A stretch of DNA of 60,545 bases, the filler included, from Catajapyx aquilonaris (lineage: Eukaryota): NCBI GenBank assembly GCA_000934665.2. It is 2 parts of 2 records of this genome, joined end to end, with 100 filler letters (N's around TTAATTAATTAA, not from the genome) between each part and the next. Parts side by side here need not be neighbours in the genome. Positions count along the whole stretch, not along the records: positions 30,339 to 60,545 come from KZ539193.1; 1 more part is not named here. One strand, written 5' to 3'. Below the pieces are notes generated by a model. It worked only from the letters and a program-made list of their open reading frames with translations. It did no database searches and had not been told where the DNA came from. Positions 37,448-50,518 of this stretch are shown here, piece after piece; position 1 is the first letter of the stretch; each line of letters starts with the position of its first letter. Made by a program: the position numbers and the translations under genes.

Positions 37448-37669
37448 CTCTGCATCCCAAGGCAGAATGTCCTACATTTAAGTTTTATGATCCAAAGGGA
37501 CATCCACATGCTAGGGAACTAGGCGAATTAAGGCCTTGAAGAAAAAGTAGGAATGTGCTGTGAAACATTTTCCTGCATTTTTATCTTCAGTATTAATTTT
37601 GAATGAGCTGATCACAACCTACAGGATCAGTTGCATGGACATGGTTGTGGACCTCTGATCTGTCATTAC

Positions 37670-40468
37670 GCAGAGAATGTGCTTAATGGGGTAGTCTGCC
37701 TGATTGCGATTCAGCTGAAGCCCCAGTTTTCGGCCAATTTTCAATCCGTGGCTAAAATCAACCGTTCCATTTACATCTTTAATTATGTCAGATAACGTTA
37801 ACATCACTTCTTAGAAGTGTGTTGTACCGGGTGTCGTTTCAAAATTAACATATTTAACATGATTAAACCTGCCACAAAGTCAGCTCTGAAATAAATTTTG
37901 TCGCCGTGCCAAGGCTGAACAATTTATGAGAAAAAAATGTAACGATAGTGTCGTTGCGTAAAGGAGGCTGTTCTTAATGTGTTGTATTGTATCTTGTAAC
38001 ATATATCACGTCAGCATGCCCCACAGAAGCACCACCACATCTCATAGGCTGTTCCAAAAAGTCGCTCAGGATGAAACTTGTTGTGTGTCCAGACCGTTTA
38101 AACAACCAAAACCTTACATCCTTCCCCATGTCTATTTTTTACTGCTCTTTGAAACTAGGGACGTTCATTTTGGACACCCAGTTACTTCTGGTACGGTATT
38201 GTACCAGGAGTGATTGTACATAGAGTGGTATGTTCACACTCGCACTCGCGAAACCCAGTCACTTTGGCAAAATGCACAAGATACTGGCATGGAAGCACCA
38301 AGCACAGCAAAATAACAACTCTACTATGCACACAGACGTTGAAGAAGAGCTATGCAGATGAGGCATGCCAGCTCTGGATGCCTGGAACTGGTCAAAATAG
38401 GAAACCACATCTTTAGACCAGAAAATTGTGAACAAAGACTGTGCCTGTATGTGTGATTTCACATAACCATAAATAAATTACAATATCTCGCAGTATAGGC
38501 TGGACCACATATACGTTCTAATGGTGCAACCCGATGTGTTGCCATTGTTACCATGTGAGTCTTTCCATGGCAACTACTAGTATGTGGTAAACACTCGGTC
38601 ATTATAATTATACAAACCGGTTCTGATCGCTCAGTGCAGAACCAGCCTCAAAATTTGATTTCCATATTGGACACACAATGTGGTCTCGAGTGAAAACAGT
38701 CGTAAGTGTTGTGCTATTCTCATAATGTTCATTATGTGGCAGGTCTATTGGAAAATGGCAGTTCAAATGGTACTTACACTATTCAATATTAGAAATAATT
38801 AGACAACAATGCCCTACATTGTTAACCAGCCCAATTGGAATTTCACACGCACACCACCTGTGTATATTCGTGCAGATTCGAACATATATATGAGAATAGC
38901 ACAACACTTACGACTGTTTTCACTCGAGCCCACATTGTGTGTCCAATATGGATATCAAATATATTTTTAGGGCCGGTTGCACCAGTCGCGGTATATGGAA
39001 AACGGCGGGTTTTGACTCCGGTATACCGCGAGAAGTGTTGCGCCACCTACGGTTGTTCTAAAACGGCCCGTTCTCCCTCCCATTTACCGCCGGATCCATC
39101 TACCCGCCGATCCTGCAGCACAAGTTGCTTATACCGCGGGTATATGGTGTTGTCATGGTGCTCGGGATTTCGCGTACTGTGTGACACCAGGTGGCAACCC
39201 TGCCACATGGTTGCCGTAGATACTAGACGACTACCCATACTTCCATGACGTCACGGATTGCGTCACGGGTGCTGCGATCCAATCAGCGCTCTCCAAAATT
39301 TTTGCCCGCTTACGTCTCTCATGAGCCAGCGTACTACCGAATACCCCGCGTTTATCTGGACCGGTGCAACGCTATGGAATAAACCCGCGGTTTTTCATGG
39401 CATATACCGTGTACCCGCGGTGCAGGGTTCTTCCATATACCGTTCCATATACCGCGACTGGTGCAACCGGCCCTTTTGCGCAGATCCATCAGAACCGGTT
39501 TGTATAATACCCGAGTGTTTACCACATAGTTGCCATGGAAATACTCACATGGTAACAACTGCGACACATCGGGTGACAATCATGCTCATCTGTCTCGTAT
39601 ATCACTTCCGCTTGATTCATTTGCATTGTTTAGTCTCTCACTTCTTTTATTTCGTAACGTCACTGTATACTTTCGTCAGATAGGTTCTTGTCGCGAAGGG
39701 CACACTTAATTACATGATGCTCATTCACCATAATTAGATCAGATCACAATAATTAGCACCTGAACCAATGAAATAAACCGTCAAAATGGAAACAAATAAA
39801 ATATGACACAAAGTGCTTACATAATTTAGAACAAGACCTCAACAAACATATCAACATGTCTCTCTCACTCTTCGAATATGAAAAGAGTTGTTTAAACTGC
39901 AGTTATATTTTCAGCTACAGTGAACCTGTGCATAGAGGAATCGCATGGGACCCAAAAAATTTCCCTTAGGGTAGGTGAAGCCAACCATTGCAACATTAAG
40001 ATTGTAGGACATACTATGTACTCCACGAGGTGGTCTACTGCCAATGTCGGAATCCAAGAAGCTAGATATAACGAGGAAAAGTTGTGAATTACCTACTATA
40101 TAATGAGTCCTGAACCCTGAAGGGAACGTCACTGAAGTTGCAAGGTGAAGATTTTCGTCTGTAACGTTGACATTCCTTAGTGATGATGGTAGTACGAGTA
40201 TAGCGACATGCCATAGTGAAGATAAATTGTTGTATAGTTACTATGTATCCATAGTAGTGGATTGATTGTTGATTAAACTTGTTAGATGACATTCCAAAGC
40301 CTAGTCGAGTCTTTCGATAGCTCCCTCCTAACACAACATAAATCCTATATCCATGCTCGACCCTCATTAGTGCTGCAACTGTGCCTCAGGGTGTGTTTTC
40401 AGGTATTCATTTGATTTGAAACATGTCTACCTAAAGTACGCACTCATTAGGTCCATTTCTACTTCCAT
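37670..40468 (-). CDS. candidate 5' exons of an unidentified spliced gene
   Basis: Phase-compatible GT-AG exons 40468-40431, 40158-40093 and 37751-~37670 give MEVEMDLMSAYFRRKSSPCNFSDVPFRVQDSLYSSHGLKIGRKLGLQLNRNQADYPIKHILC. I recognise no family. Confidence 0.3.
38530..39574. mobile_element. fold-back element interrupted in its right arm by a MITE
   Basis: 38530-38628 mirrors 39488-39574, and 38655-38730 mirrors 38880-38960. Confidence 0.8.
38969..39474. mobile_element. PIF/Harbinger-like MITE
   Basis: ~32-bp perfect TIR AGGGCCGGTTGCACCAGTCGCGGTATATGGAA, inserted in a T-rich site. The interior is CpG-rich, suggesting a young copy. Confidence 0.8.
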
Positions 40469-41289
40469 AACATGTCTTTTCCTAGCGAGCCGAAATCACT
40501 GTCAATATACCGCAACTAACCGAAATATTTTGTATCGAACAACTTAACACGGTTGTCCCCCTAACACCCAACATTGTTCTTTGCCAAATCTAGTGTCCAT
40601 CCGTCCATCTAGTCCACCCGAGTCCGGTTGGAAACAATAATAAATTTCCAGTCAACTGGCATCCAATTTTCCAGAATAACCTACCCTGGGAAAATTGAAA
40701 TTACCCGGTGGCGTGAGAGAACTGGCAGGGTGGCCAGATAATTTAGGCTTGTACGAGATTCAGTGTTAAAGCCGATTAAAGCCATATTTGACTTATTGCG
40801 AAATGATTACGTTATATAGGTGTTGATCTAATATATTAGAGTTAATTATCTATATTACACAATGGAAACATTGGACTGCCTGTTCTCGTTTTGTTACTGG
40901 CTGGCTTTATAAAATTCCGGGACGCGATTGGTCAGGCTGTGCTGCTGGAATGTGTAAACGCCTCTTTGCCGGGTATCGAAAGGGGCATGGCATTGGGATC
41001 ATCCATTGCTAGAGCGTGATAAAGGACAGTCTATAGAACCCGCTAGAACCGTAACTAGAACGAAGAACGCGTTGGGGAGGAGGTTTTTAAATACTTCGGT
41101 TTTAACTGGAGAGGTAATGTGGTATAACGTAGTCTGGCTTTGCCTAGGTATTTTTAACCCAGATATGCCTGAAAGATTTTTTGTTTAAATTTTGTTTTTT
41201 GTTTGTGTTTATTAGTTCATAATAGTCCCCAAAACACAACAAAAATGATCAAAAATTTATGGAATGCTAGATTGTAAGAAAAGGGCCGT

Positions 41290-42811
41290 CCCCTATAGGG
41301 GACACTCGGCGAATGTACCATCTAGTATGGAGCCCTGTACTGTACAAGGAAAACGTAAGATATAGACTGCTGTATTGAAATAAAGATAAAGGTTTTTTTT
41401 TTTAATGCATTGAAAAATATAGAGAAGGAATGTTATAGCTAAGACCCAATGTCCTATATATATATACGACATCTAATTTTGCAATAAATGATTGCAACAA
41501 AAATATGAAATTCTGAAAAATGGCTTCTACACCTCCACTACAGAGGGTTCTTCCAAAGTATTACTAAATAATTGCACAAATGGGCTTCTCTGGTCTCAGG
41601 AGGGTGTAACGGAAACGTGTTCATTGCGGAATTTTAGAGTCACGTGCTATTCAGATATGTACAGGTTTCGCTGTATATAAATATACAGTGAAACCTGTCC
41701 ACAACGGACCCTGTGTATAATGGAAACTTGCCTATTGCGAGATTTTTCTGGTAACTGGTGTATGAAAATTACACAATTTCCGCTATATTGACACGGAAAT
41801 CGTGTACGTTCCATACGCCAGTTACCAGAAAAAATCCGCAATAGGCAAGTTTTCGTTATCCACAGGGTCCGTTGTGGACAGGTTTTACTTCCCATCTAGT
41901 TATATTCAGTGAAACCTGTGCATAGCGGAAATGCACGGGACTCGAATATTCCGCAATGAACAAGTTTCCGTTATATACAAGGTCCCTTATGGACAGGTTT
42001 TACTTCCCATTTAGCTATATCAGTGAAATTTGCGCATTGCGGAAATGCACGGGATGATAAAATTTTCCGTAATGAGCAAGTTTCCGCTATATTCGACGCG
42101 AAAATCGTGTACTTTCCATATGCCCGCTACCAGAAAAATTCCGCAATAGGCAAGTTTCCGTCATGTTCAGGGTCCGTTATGGACAGGATTCACTTGAGAT
42201 AAATATGTAGTGAAACCTGTCCATAACGTACCCTGAGTGTTACAAAAACTTGTCCATTGCGGAGATTTTCCGGGAACGGGTGTATGCATAGGACATAAAT
42301 GCCGTGTCGAATATAGCGGAAACGGCTGATATACCGAACTAGGCCTTATATATCCGACATCGCTAAATGGTTTGCGCGCGATCCGCAAAAACAGCACCAC
42401 TTTTTTTCTTCTCCCCCCATGCTCTCTACCACCTCTGCCCACAATGCTTTGCGGCGTTGCAGCATTCACTTCCAATCTTACCCGTTTGGTGCTGATGACT
42501 AGGAAAATCGTAATTTTCAGCGGAAACTTGTCAATTATGATTTTTTAGGGCACCGTGCTATTCTGCTATAATTACACAGGTTTCACTGTATCCGAAAGCG
42601 AAAGTTTGTGTGCATGTATGTTTGATTGTACATGGCAGTGGGTTACCATAGCTACGATGGTTGCCGGGTAACCCTCGTTTTAAAAATAGGGATTCATAAA
42701 AATTCAGTTCGACAAAACGCCCAAAATCTGCACGCATACAGTAGCCTAGAGTACCGGTACTTGACTTGCCGGTCCACATGTGGTGCATTTGCCGAATGTC
42801 CCTCATAGGGG
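41290..42811. mobile_element. TIR element (CCCCTATAGGGGACACTCGGC ends) hosting Tc1/pogo-type inserts
   Basis: CCCCTATAGGGGACACTCGGCGAATGTACCA at 41290 matches inverted TGGTGCATTTGCCGAATGTCCCTCATAGGGG ending at ~42811. Another such end is at ~43160. Confidence 0.6.
41686..42588. mobile_element. pogo/Tigger-type non-autonomous element built of tandem mini-units
   Basis: TA|CAGTGAAACCTGT ... ACAGGTTTCACTG|TA. The terminal motif recurs internally at ~41907, ~42021 and ~42208. Confidence 0.75.
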
Positions 42812-43582
42812 ACACCTGGTTTCAACGCCACTCTCAGACAAGGAAAGTAAAAAACATGCCTATATTTCCACATCGACATCATCATTCATAAGTTTTCTAA
42901 GTATTACAAACAAAAAATGACTCATAATGCTAATCAACATTCGATAATTAATTACTAATCGTCTTCGGAACGTGGAGGTGCAGCCATTATTTCCTGAGTT
43001 AAAATTCAAACTCCTGTATCTTAAAAATCTGCTGCAATATTGAGCAGGTTTGAACTTGCATCGTTAGCTGGGACTCTCCTGAAGCCCCCGTGACTACTGC
43101 CAGCTCTTTAGCAGCAGAAGAACCTGCGCAAAAAATTAAAATGTAACAACTGTGCAGGTGTCCCCTATAGGGCACACTCGGCATATCTGGGTTAAATGAG
43201 AGAATGTGCCGAGAATGTCAGTAGCATCACATACTTGGTTCGCTTTGTTCATTAATCATTATAGACATTGTTGACACCAGTTAAGTCATTGTTGCCATTG
43301 TGACGTGTATACCATTTTCATTGAAGGTATATTAAGGAAATCGGAATGTGGGTATTGACGTCACAGTGCCAATGATGACTACAATATCAATTAGGCTTTG
43401 GACATGACACTGAGGAAACTGGCCCACTCTCTGGCCTCTGACTACTCTTAGGCGGTATTGCCAACCCAGATTGTTGTTCAGATGATTCATGTCAATGAGG
43501 ATAAACTCTGTTTGTACCAATGATGCCTCAGTTGTTACAATGGTCATAGATTCAAAGTGCGCATTGTACATTATTACATGTT

Positions 43583-43918
43583 TAGTAGAACCCCAATTAT
43601 CAAGACTCCTCGGTTTAACCGACCGTCCCGCTCCAGCAATAAATCAATGTTTTCTCATCAAATACTGTAATGTAGGACTTCAAAGAATTTGTTTTGTAGT
43701 GCCTCATTTAAATTTTAAACAGCAGAAGTGTGTATGTAAAAGATAAACACTTCACTATGTCTTAGAAAACCATGATGTTGTACATTATTTTATGCTTGTA
43801 TAATATGTTTTTTGTTGTGTTTCATTAAAGTTTCCTTTGCTCTTTGGATTATCTGACCTTTTTTTGTTATCCGACCATGCCTCGGTCCCATGGGTGACGG
43901 ATAATCAAGGTTCTAGTG
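43583..43918. mobile_element. old Tigger-like MITE
   Basis: Imperfect TIRs AGTAGAACCCCAATTATC ... GATAATCAAGGTTCTAGTG|TA. Confidence 0.55.
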
Positions 43919-44502
43919 TAATCGTATTCCACATGAAAGCATTGAAATGTATGGGTATCTTCACAAACACCAGGGACCTTGTGCTGCAGTGAGGGTGAGG
44001 ATTCTCACCCAAGAGTTCAGTCGTACCATGTTGGCGAAAATTTCTGCCTCTGGAGAAAGCCTTCTCTACTGTCATGCTATAGAGACAGTCCTGCTTTTGG
44101 AGTTATGCTTCTTTGTTTTGGACACAGCAGAGGGAAAATTGTGATGATTGCTAACAAGTAGTCTCACAGATTGGTTTAGTAATGAGAATGCTCGTCAGGA
44201 ATAATTCGGCAAGTAATTTCAGAGTTTTTTGCGCTGTGTCCAAAACAAAATATAGAAGGCTCACTCTAGCAGTGTAAATTTGTGCTGTTGCAGCACAACC
44301 TTACGTGGAACAATTGGGCATGATCATAATCAACTCCGAGGCTCTTCACCACAATGCAACATAAAACCTCCGATTGTGCAAGTTGCCTACTCTCATTACA
44401 TTTTGGCCCTCCTATTAGAACATTACAGTAATAAATCTCACTGAATTTTTGCTGTTTAATAATATTTTAATTCCATTACAATTTTCTTACTAATGGGTGG
44501 TT

Positions 44503-44961
44503 CTTACTAGTAGGTTGTCCAGCAGGCAGCATATTCATTGGCTCAAAAGTAAATGTAGGGGTGAGAAATGTCAAGTGACCAACAGGTGACAAGGTAGACA
44601 ACCAGACACATTGGCCTGACCATAAACATGCATGGCAATACACACAACACCTTTTTTGAAGAGAGATTGCCTGAACGATGCGCTCGTGCACCTACAATGG
44701 TTGCCTAGGTAGCAGGACATCAGCATAAATCATTACTGTGACCTGGGAAAATTCCATCATTATTTATTATCATACTCTATGTTCTCTAGGCAGTCACCCT
44801 AGGTGCACAGGCGCATCTGTCAAGCAACCTCCCTACAAAAATGGTGTCGTGTATGTTGCTGTATTTGTCTAAGATAGACCAATGGCCCAATGTGCCTGGT
44901 TGTCTACCAGTTGGTTCCTCAACATTTCTCACCCCTACATTTTGGACTTGTTTTGGGCCAA

Positions 44962-45017
<56 letters not shown>

Positions 45018-45383
45018 TGGGTGATAGGCCTACCCCTAGGGGTTTTCAGCCAGACCTTTATTTTAACGTTGGTGCAACTTTGGGAATCCAATTATTGAAG
45101 CGCCCGGGCCCACGGGCAGGATGACAGGAGGGGATGTGCAAGTGCAGTGCCTTGTCTGAAATGTGGTCGTTTTGTGAGCTCCCCCGGGTGGATTAGTCTA
45201 AGGAAATTCCACCCGAGACTAAGTCAGAGATGACTCATGAACTCTGCACGAGATGAAGGGGGTGTCCCCGGGTTGGGATCGAACCCGGGACCTTAACATC
45301 CATGGGCGCATACGTTACCGCAGCACCATTCCGCCTCCCCTAGGGCCAATGAATATGATGCCTGCAAGATGACATACTAGTAA
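44503..45383. mobile_element. diverged fold-back element split by a SINE
   Basis: CTTACTAGTAGG...CATATTCATTGGC...TGTAGGGGTGAGAAATGT...GTGCACCTA is mirrored by TAGGTGCAC...ACATTTCTCACCCCTACA...GCCAATGAATATG...TACTAGTAAG. Confidence 0.7.
44968..45342 (-). mobile_element. tRNA-derived SINE (family B) with trinucleotide tail
   Basis: Minus-strand B box GGTTCGATCCC, an (ATT)n tail, and a 13-bp TSD GGGCCAATGAATA (44955-44967, 45343-45355). Confidence 0.88.
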
Positions 45384-46014
45384 GGAACACCCTGCATGCA
45401 TTAGAATTATTGGCTCAAGGGAATTTATTTCTTATGATGAAAGAAGTCAAAAGTATTGCTTATAGTACTTGTGAAAATAGTGATATTTTGACTTAAGATT
45501 TTTCCTATCGTGGGCGTATGATAGAAATCCATAAAGTCCAAAAAACCTAATTGGAGATCATTCCAGCCAAAGATTTGACCTTGAAAATATTTGCAGGTTT
45601 GTGAATACAGAAAATCCTGGCTTTCTGGCTCCTTATGAATATTTAGGTTTAATGGACCTCCCCAGGTGATAGATCAGGGAAAATGCTGCTTAGTGGTGTA
45701 AATAACTCAAAAGTGAGTGTTGGACATAAGACCAGTTGTATGTACATATAGACTAATTCTGAAGTTAACCTTAACTCTTGTTCATGTAACTGGCCCTTAG
45801 TAGATTCTCTAATATGCCTACGATATGCTGTCGATCATGTAAGTCAAAATTTTTGTATTATGTATTAAGGTCTGCCCTCACAGCCACTTATTTTTCTCAT
45901 ACACTTTCGACATGCAATGTTGTTACAAAATTGCGCATGGTGAGGGTGCTTTACTTATAAAAATTACTTGCCAAGAAAGGGTGCGAGAAATCATAACATC
46001 GACATTAAAAATTA

Positions 46015-46287
46015 AAAATAAAAAACCTGTGATAGGGCAGAGCCCTTTTAGGGGGGAAGGGGAGGTTCCCAAGGGAGGGGGCTGTAATTATAGTCATTTT
46101 TGACTTTCTGAAATACACCAGACCTTTTCTCCTGGCCCTGGGTAGAGTAGGGAGTGCAATTCTTCCCCGGCATGTCGGGTGAAAAGCCGAAAAAGACCTG
46201 GCCAAGCAGAGGAGACTGGGACGGGATTTGAACCCCAGCCTCCCGCTTGGCTGGACAGTGGTGTGACCACCAGACCACCATGCCTTC
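46015..46287 (-). mobile_element. tRNA-derived SINE (family A)
   Basis: Reverse-complement match to 23926-24228, including the B box GGTTCAAATCC. Confidence 0.85.
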
Positions 46288-46329
46288 CTAATAACATTGA
46301 CATTAACATTATATTCTCAGCAATTCTAC

Positions 46330-47029
46330 ATGTCCGGAACACCTAACCCGTACCAGACAGCAATGCGCCCTCCATTTGGAAGCCCTGGAGGGGGTCCTTC
46401 ACTGGTCCCAACAGGTGGTGGACCAGGTGCTGGAGCTTCTCAGCCTGTGTTTGTCCCAACCCTGGCCTCACCTGGGGGCTCAACCCCTCAGCCAACCCCA
46501 TCCTCCCAGCCACCACCAACCCCTCAGGCAATCCCTTCTCCCACCCCCTCAACTACTACCCAATCTCCAGCTCCTTCTAACCCAATCCCTTCCCCAGCCC
46601 CTCCACAAACAGGACCAGCCCCTGCCCCACCTCCACCACCTCCTCCACCTCCATCACAGCAGCAAAAGGAGATCAACACAGCATCCCTCTGCAGACTGGG
46701 CCAGGAAACAGTGCAGGAGATAGTCAGTAGAACCCAAGAGGTTTTCCAGGCTCTGAAGGCAATGCAACCTCCAAATGGCACAGCATCAGGAGCAACAGGC
46801 AGTGCAGAGAAGAAGTCCAAGCTCCAGGAGCAGCTGAGGAGTATCCGAATGCTCTTCAAGCGACTCCGACTTATTTATGACAAATGTGATGAGAACTATC
46901 AGGTAATCCATTTAAGAGTGGGATGATGTTTGACTTCCTACAAAGTGGCATTATCACAATTGCAATAACATATTACCCTGCAAATAGCTGCCTGCAGGTA
47001 TGACAATGAGTACGTTTACATGGGACTAA

Positions 47030-47102
<73 letters not shown>

Positions 47103-47438
47103 GGGTTAGTGCACCGCCCTTCTTGGGCATCTGGCACGGTACCTTTATTATGCTTCAGATGTACAAGCTTTACAAGTGGTCCTTTTGCGTAACGCCCGGG
47201 TACCGCGAGCGAAGAGGGGATGAGTAGGAGGGGATGTGCAATGTGGAGTGCAATGTCTAAACTTGGTATATTTTGTGAACTCCCCCGGGTGGTTAGTCTC
47301 AAGGAATCCCACCCGAGACGAAGCCAGAGACGACCCAACTCTGCACGAGATGAAGGGGGGGATGCCCGGGCTTGGTATCGAACCCAGGACCCTTACATCC
47401 ATGGGCGCGTACGTTACCGCAGCGCCACTTTGCCTCCC

Positions 47439-47504
<66 letters not shown>

Positions 47505-49238
47505 GCAAAATATGTTTCACAGTTTTCCTCTGGTGTACACTGATGTAGGCATACATGTATTTTATTTTATTTTATTTTATTTTATTTTTTCCCTCTGTGG
47601 TACAACTGTGAGTTGTTATAAGGGGGTGGCCTACCACATTCGGTTTTCTAGTATTTCATACTTTTTTCTTCGTTTTCCGTGCAGGGAAGCAAGTAAATGG
47701 GGTAAGGATAGATATTTTTGTGGTGGGCACACAGGTGCAAGTGCAATGTCGGAAATGGGTCATGTGCAGTCCCCCAGAAGGCTAGGTTGCCAAGACGCCT
47801 TCTTAGGCGCGGGCAGAGACCCACTGATACAGGCAAAAGGGAAATCCTGGGCAGGGATCGAACCCAGGACCTTCCGCTCAGCAAGCCGAGACGTTACCAT
47901 CTCGGCCACCGCGCCTTCCCCAATGTAAGCCTACTTGTATTATAAAAGCTTCAAAAGAAGCATATGAGTATTTTTGCGACAGAGTGCACATGAAGGTACG
48001 ATTATTTGTTTCGCAGAATCCCTCATTTCATCATGCCAATTGGAAGCTCAACATCTATACTAAGCAATGCCAACCTTAAAATTGCACAGTGTTGCTGTTA
48101 TTTGTCACCAGCTGCTCAGACTTTCAACAGTGTGTGCCGAAGGCTTTTGGTGTCTGGGGACACACGTGGCTTTTGGTGCCTCTATGAACATTGCCATTCA
48201 TTCAGTCACTTCTCAGGCGTGTCTGTTGGATGCAGCTTGATGTCCTCTTTCGATTGATGTGGGTAAATTGTCAGGGGTGATCTCTGTATGTGTCATTTTC
48301 GGTAACCTGAGCCATCTGCAAGCGTTGGTTCGTTACCGGAAATATCAAAAAATTTCCATACCCACCCTATACCACCTATATGATTTGGAGCACCTCACTG
48401 GCAGACATCCGTGGGAGTCGTGAAATAAAGCAGTGTGCAATGATTCAGCCAAATACAATAACTTCATGTATTTATTTCGCCGGTAAGGCGGTAACGAACC
48501 AACGCATCCACCTTCCGCCGAGCATGCTCCCTCCGATCTCAGTTTCCAGTTCACGACAGCGACATACGCAGTAGTCCAGAATCCTTAGAGGTATCTGGCA
48601 TTCTAACCTCCAGGGAGACTGCACATGACCCCTTTACCGACATCGCACGTGCACCTGTGTCTACTTCCCAGAAATGTCCATCCTTACTTCATGTCCTTTC
48701 ATCCTTGCACTGTGATTTAAGAAAAACACAGAAAATTGTAGGTAAAATGGTAGTATTCCACCCCCCTAAGAGGGCCTCTGGCCCTATTACAGGGTAACAT
48801 AAACAAAACAAAACATATTTGTTGGAGCCCATCACCTGAGTAATGAGGTGGAGCCCAAGTGACACCTAGCTACATAGAGTTTGGTTCCCAGGAGTTCACC
48901 CAGGTAGTTCATCTGATACATAATGAAACACCCTGTGTGTTGTGATGAAGGTTGTGACACGAAGTGGCACTTTCGTTCTATATTGACCAAATTTCTCTTA
49001 CTATCAGGGCACAGAATACACGCATATTGAGAGCCTGATCCCGTTGCGAGAGGATCTGGTGGAAGGCAAGGCGCAGGATGAGAGGAAGAACTCCGAGGCA
49101 TTCAGGATAGCCTGTGAAGAGAATCGTGAGATTGTGGACCAGATCATGATCAGGAACAGGCACCTCAAGGAGATTATAGATCACCTCAGATCCGTAATAT
49201 GGGACATCAACACCATGCTAGCAATGAGGAGGGTTTGA
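46330..49238 (+). CDS. MED30: Mediator of RNA polymerase II transcription subunit 30, ~267 aa
   Basis: Exons 46330-46902 and 49008-49238. Contains EINTASLCRLGQETVQEIVSRTQEVFQ...PPNG...LFKRLRLIYDKC and LKEIIDHLRSVIWDINTML. An acceptor at 46320 implies an upstream exon, so the start codon is not certain. Confidence 0.95.
47030..47504 (-). mobile_element. family-B-headed SINE (47103-47438) flanked on both sides by (TAT)n microsatellite
   Basis: The head and core are closely similar to 45150-45340, but the 3' part differs. Confidence 0.85.
47610..47921 (-). mobile_element. tRNA-derived SINE (family C)
   Basis: Minus strand reads GGTGGCCGAGATGGT (A box) ... GGTTCGATCCC (B box), followed by an A-rich tail. 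The 3' boundary is approximate. Confidence 0.7.
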
Positions 49239-49372
49239 ATGATGCCAGGACACTTTTTTGTTGTTGTTGTATGTACTTGTACCTTATCTGCCTTATTTGA
49301 ATGCTTTGAATGTCAAAGCATCTAAAGGCAGGTGTCCACTCTCCCTCTGGAAGTGAGGACTGCTTTGCTCTG

Positions 49373-50146
49373 CGTGGGTTGATTCATAAGTCATGGCGCG
49401 TATTTTTTTATTCAAAAGCGGTAACACATACAGAGATGACCTTTGCTGAGTTTTGAAGATCCGGCAATTACAATTTGATGTGGCATATAGATGTCGCCCA
49501 TATCGCGGGGGAGGCAGGGAAACAAAAGGGGATCATGACCCCCCCACCGCACCATCGCCCTAAGAAGGCCTGAGCCTGACGCGCTTGGAGCTGTTGGATG
49601 CTGCATGCTGGACACTGGGCGATGGACAACACGGTAGCTTGCTTTTGAGTGTGGGACAAGTCAGAGCACTATTCTTAGGACTCTGAAGACTGAAAGGTCT
49701 CAGGAAGTTGGCATCCTCACTGGTTCCTCACCATCTCTTTGAGGTGCAAAAGAGCCACAATTTTGCCTTCCCTTGAAACTCGATCACATTGAGGGCGATG
49801 GTTTTTTCACACGGTTTGTGGATATGGATGACACATGGCTCTGGCCATAGTTCTCTGACTTGTCCCGCACTCGAAAGCAAGCTCCTGTGTTGTCCATCTC
49901 TGAGTGTCCAGCATGCAGCGTCCAACAGCTCCAAGTGCGTCAGGCTCAGGCCTTCTTAGGGCGATTGTGCGGTGGGGGGGTCATGATCCCCTTTTGTTTC
50001 CCTGCCTCCCCCGCGATATGGGCGACATCTATATGCCACATCAAATTGTAATTGCCGGATCTTCAAAACTCAGCAAAGGTCATCTCTGTATGTGTTACCG
50101 TTTTTTAATTTAAAAATACGCGCCATGACTTATGAATCAACCCAGG
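49373..50146. mobile_element. mariner-type palindromic MITE, copy 2, just 3' of the MED30 stop
   Basis: Same family as 24692-25470, with near-perfect inverted arms of ~290 bp. Confidence 0.9.
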
Positions 50147-50518
50147 TATATTGGTGGGGTAAATCTTTTTTATCCATTGCATATGAATATGCACACCTCA
50201 TGTGTTTCAGTGTAATTTTTATTATAGTGAGTAGCATATTTATTATTATACATACTGGTAATGTGGTACCAGACAGCCAAAATAATGTGAGACCACATTT
50301 TTGCATGATTAAAGTGTTTAAAAGTATTACATGGAAGTTTTTAAAATTGCCATTATTAAACAGTTTGTTTATTCACTTTTACCTCCCTCTTCTTACAACT
50401 TTGTGGGGTGGGAGGGGTTGATGAAATTTGCTTCAGAGGAGGTTGTCACACGATAACTCTGAAGATGGAGATGAGGGAAAACGTTCTTAAATACAGTATG
50501 TTTTACCCATGAAGGTGG

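Noticed and set aside
37152..37509. Poly-Y/I/N/L ORFs (also at 44786-45098 and 46973-47928)
   Set aside because: They are read-throughs of (TAT)n/(AAT)n retroelement tails.
41686..42260. CRISPR-like repeat-spacer appearance
   Set aside because: The units are irregular in length, the interiors are related to each other, the ends are transposon TIR motifs, there are no cas genes, and the context is eukaryotic.
43332..43571. 79-aa minus-strand ORF in unique-looking sequence
   Set aside because: No recognisable motif and no supported splice partners.
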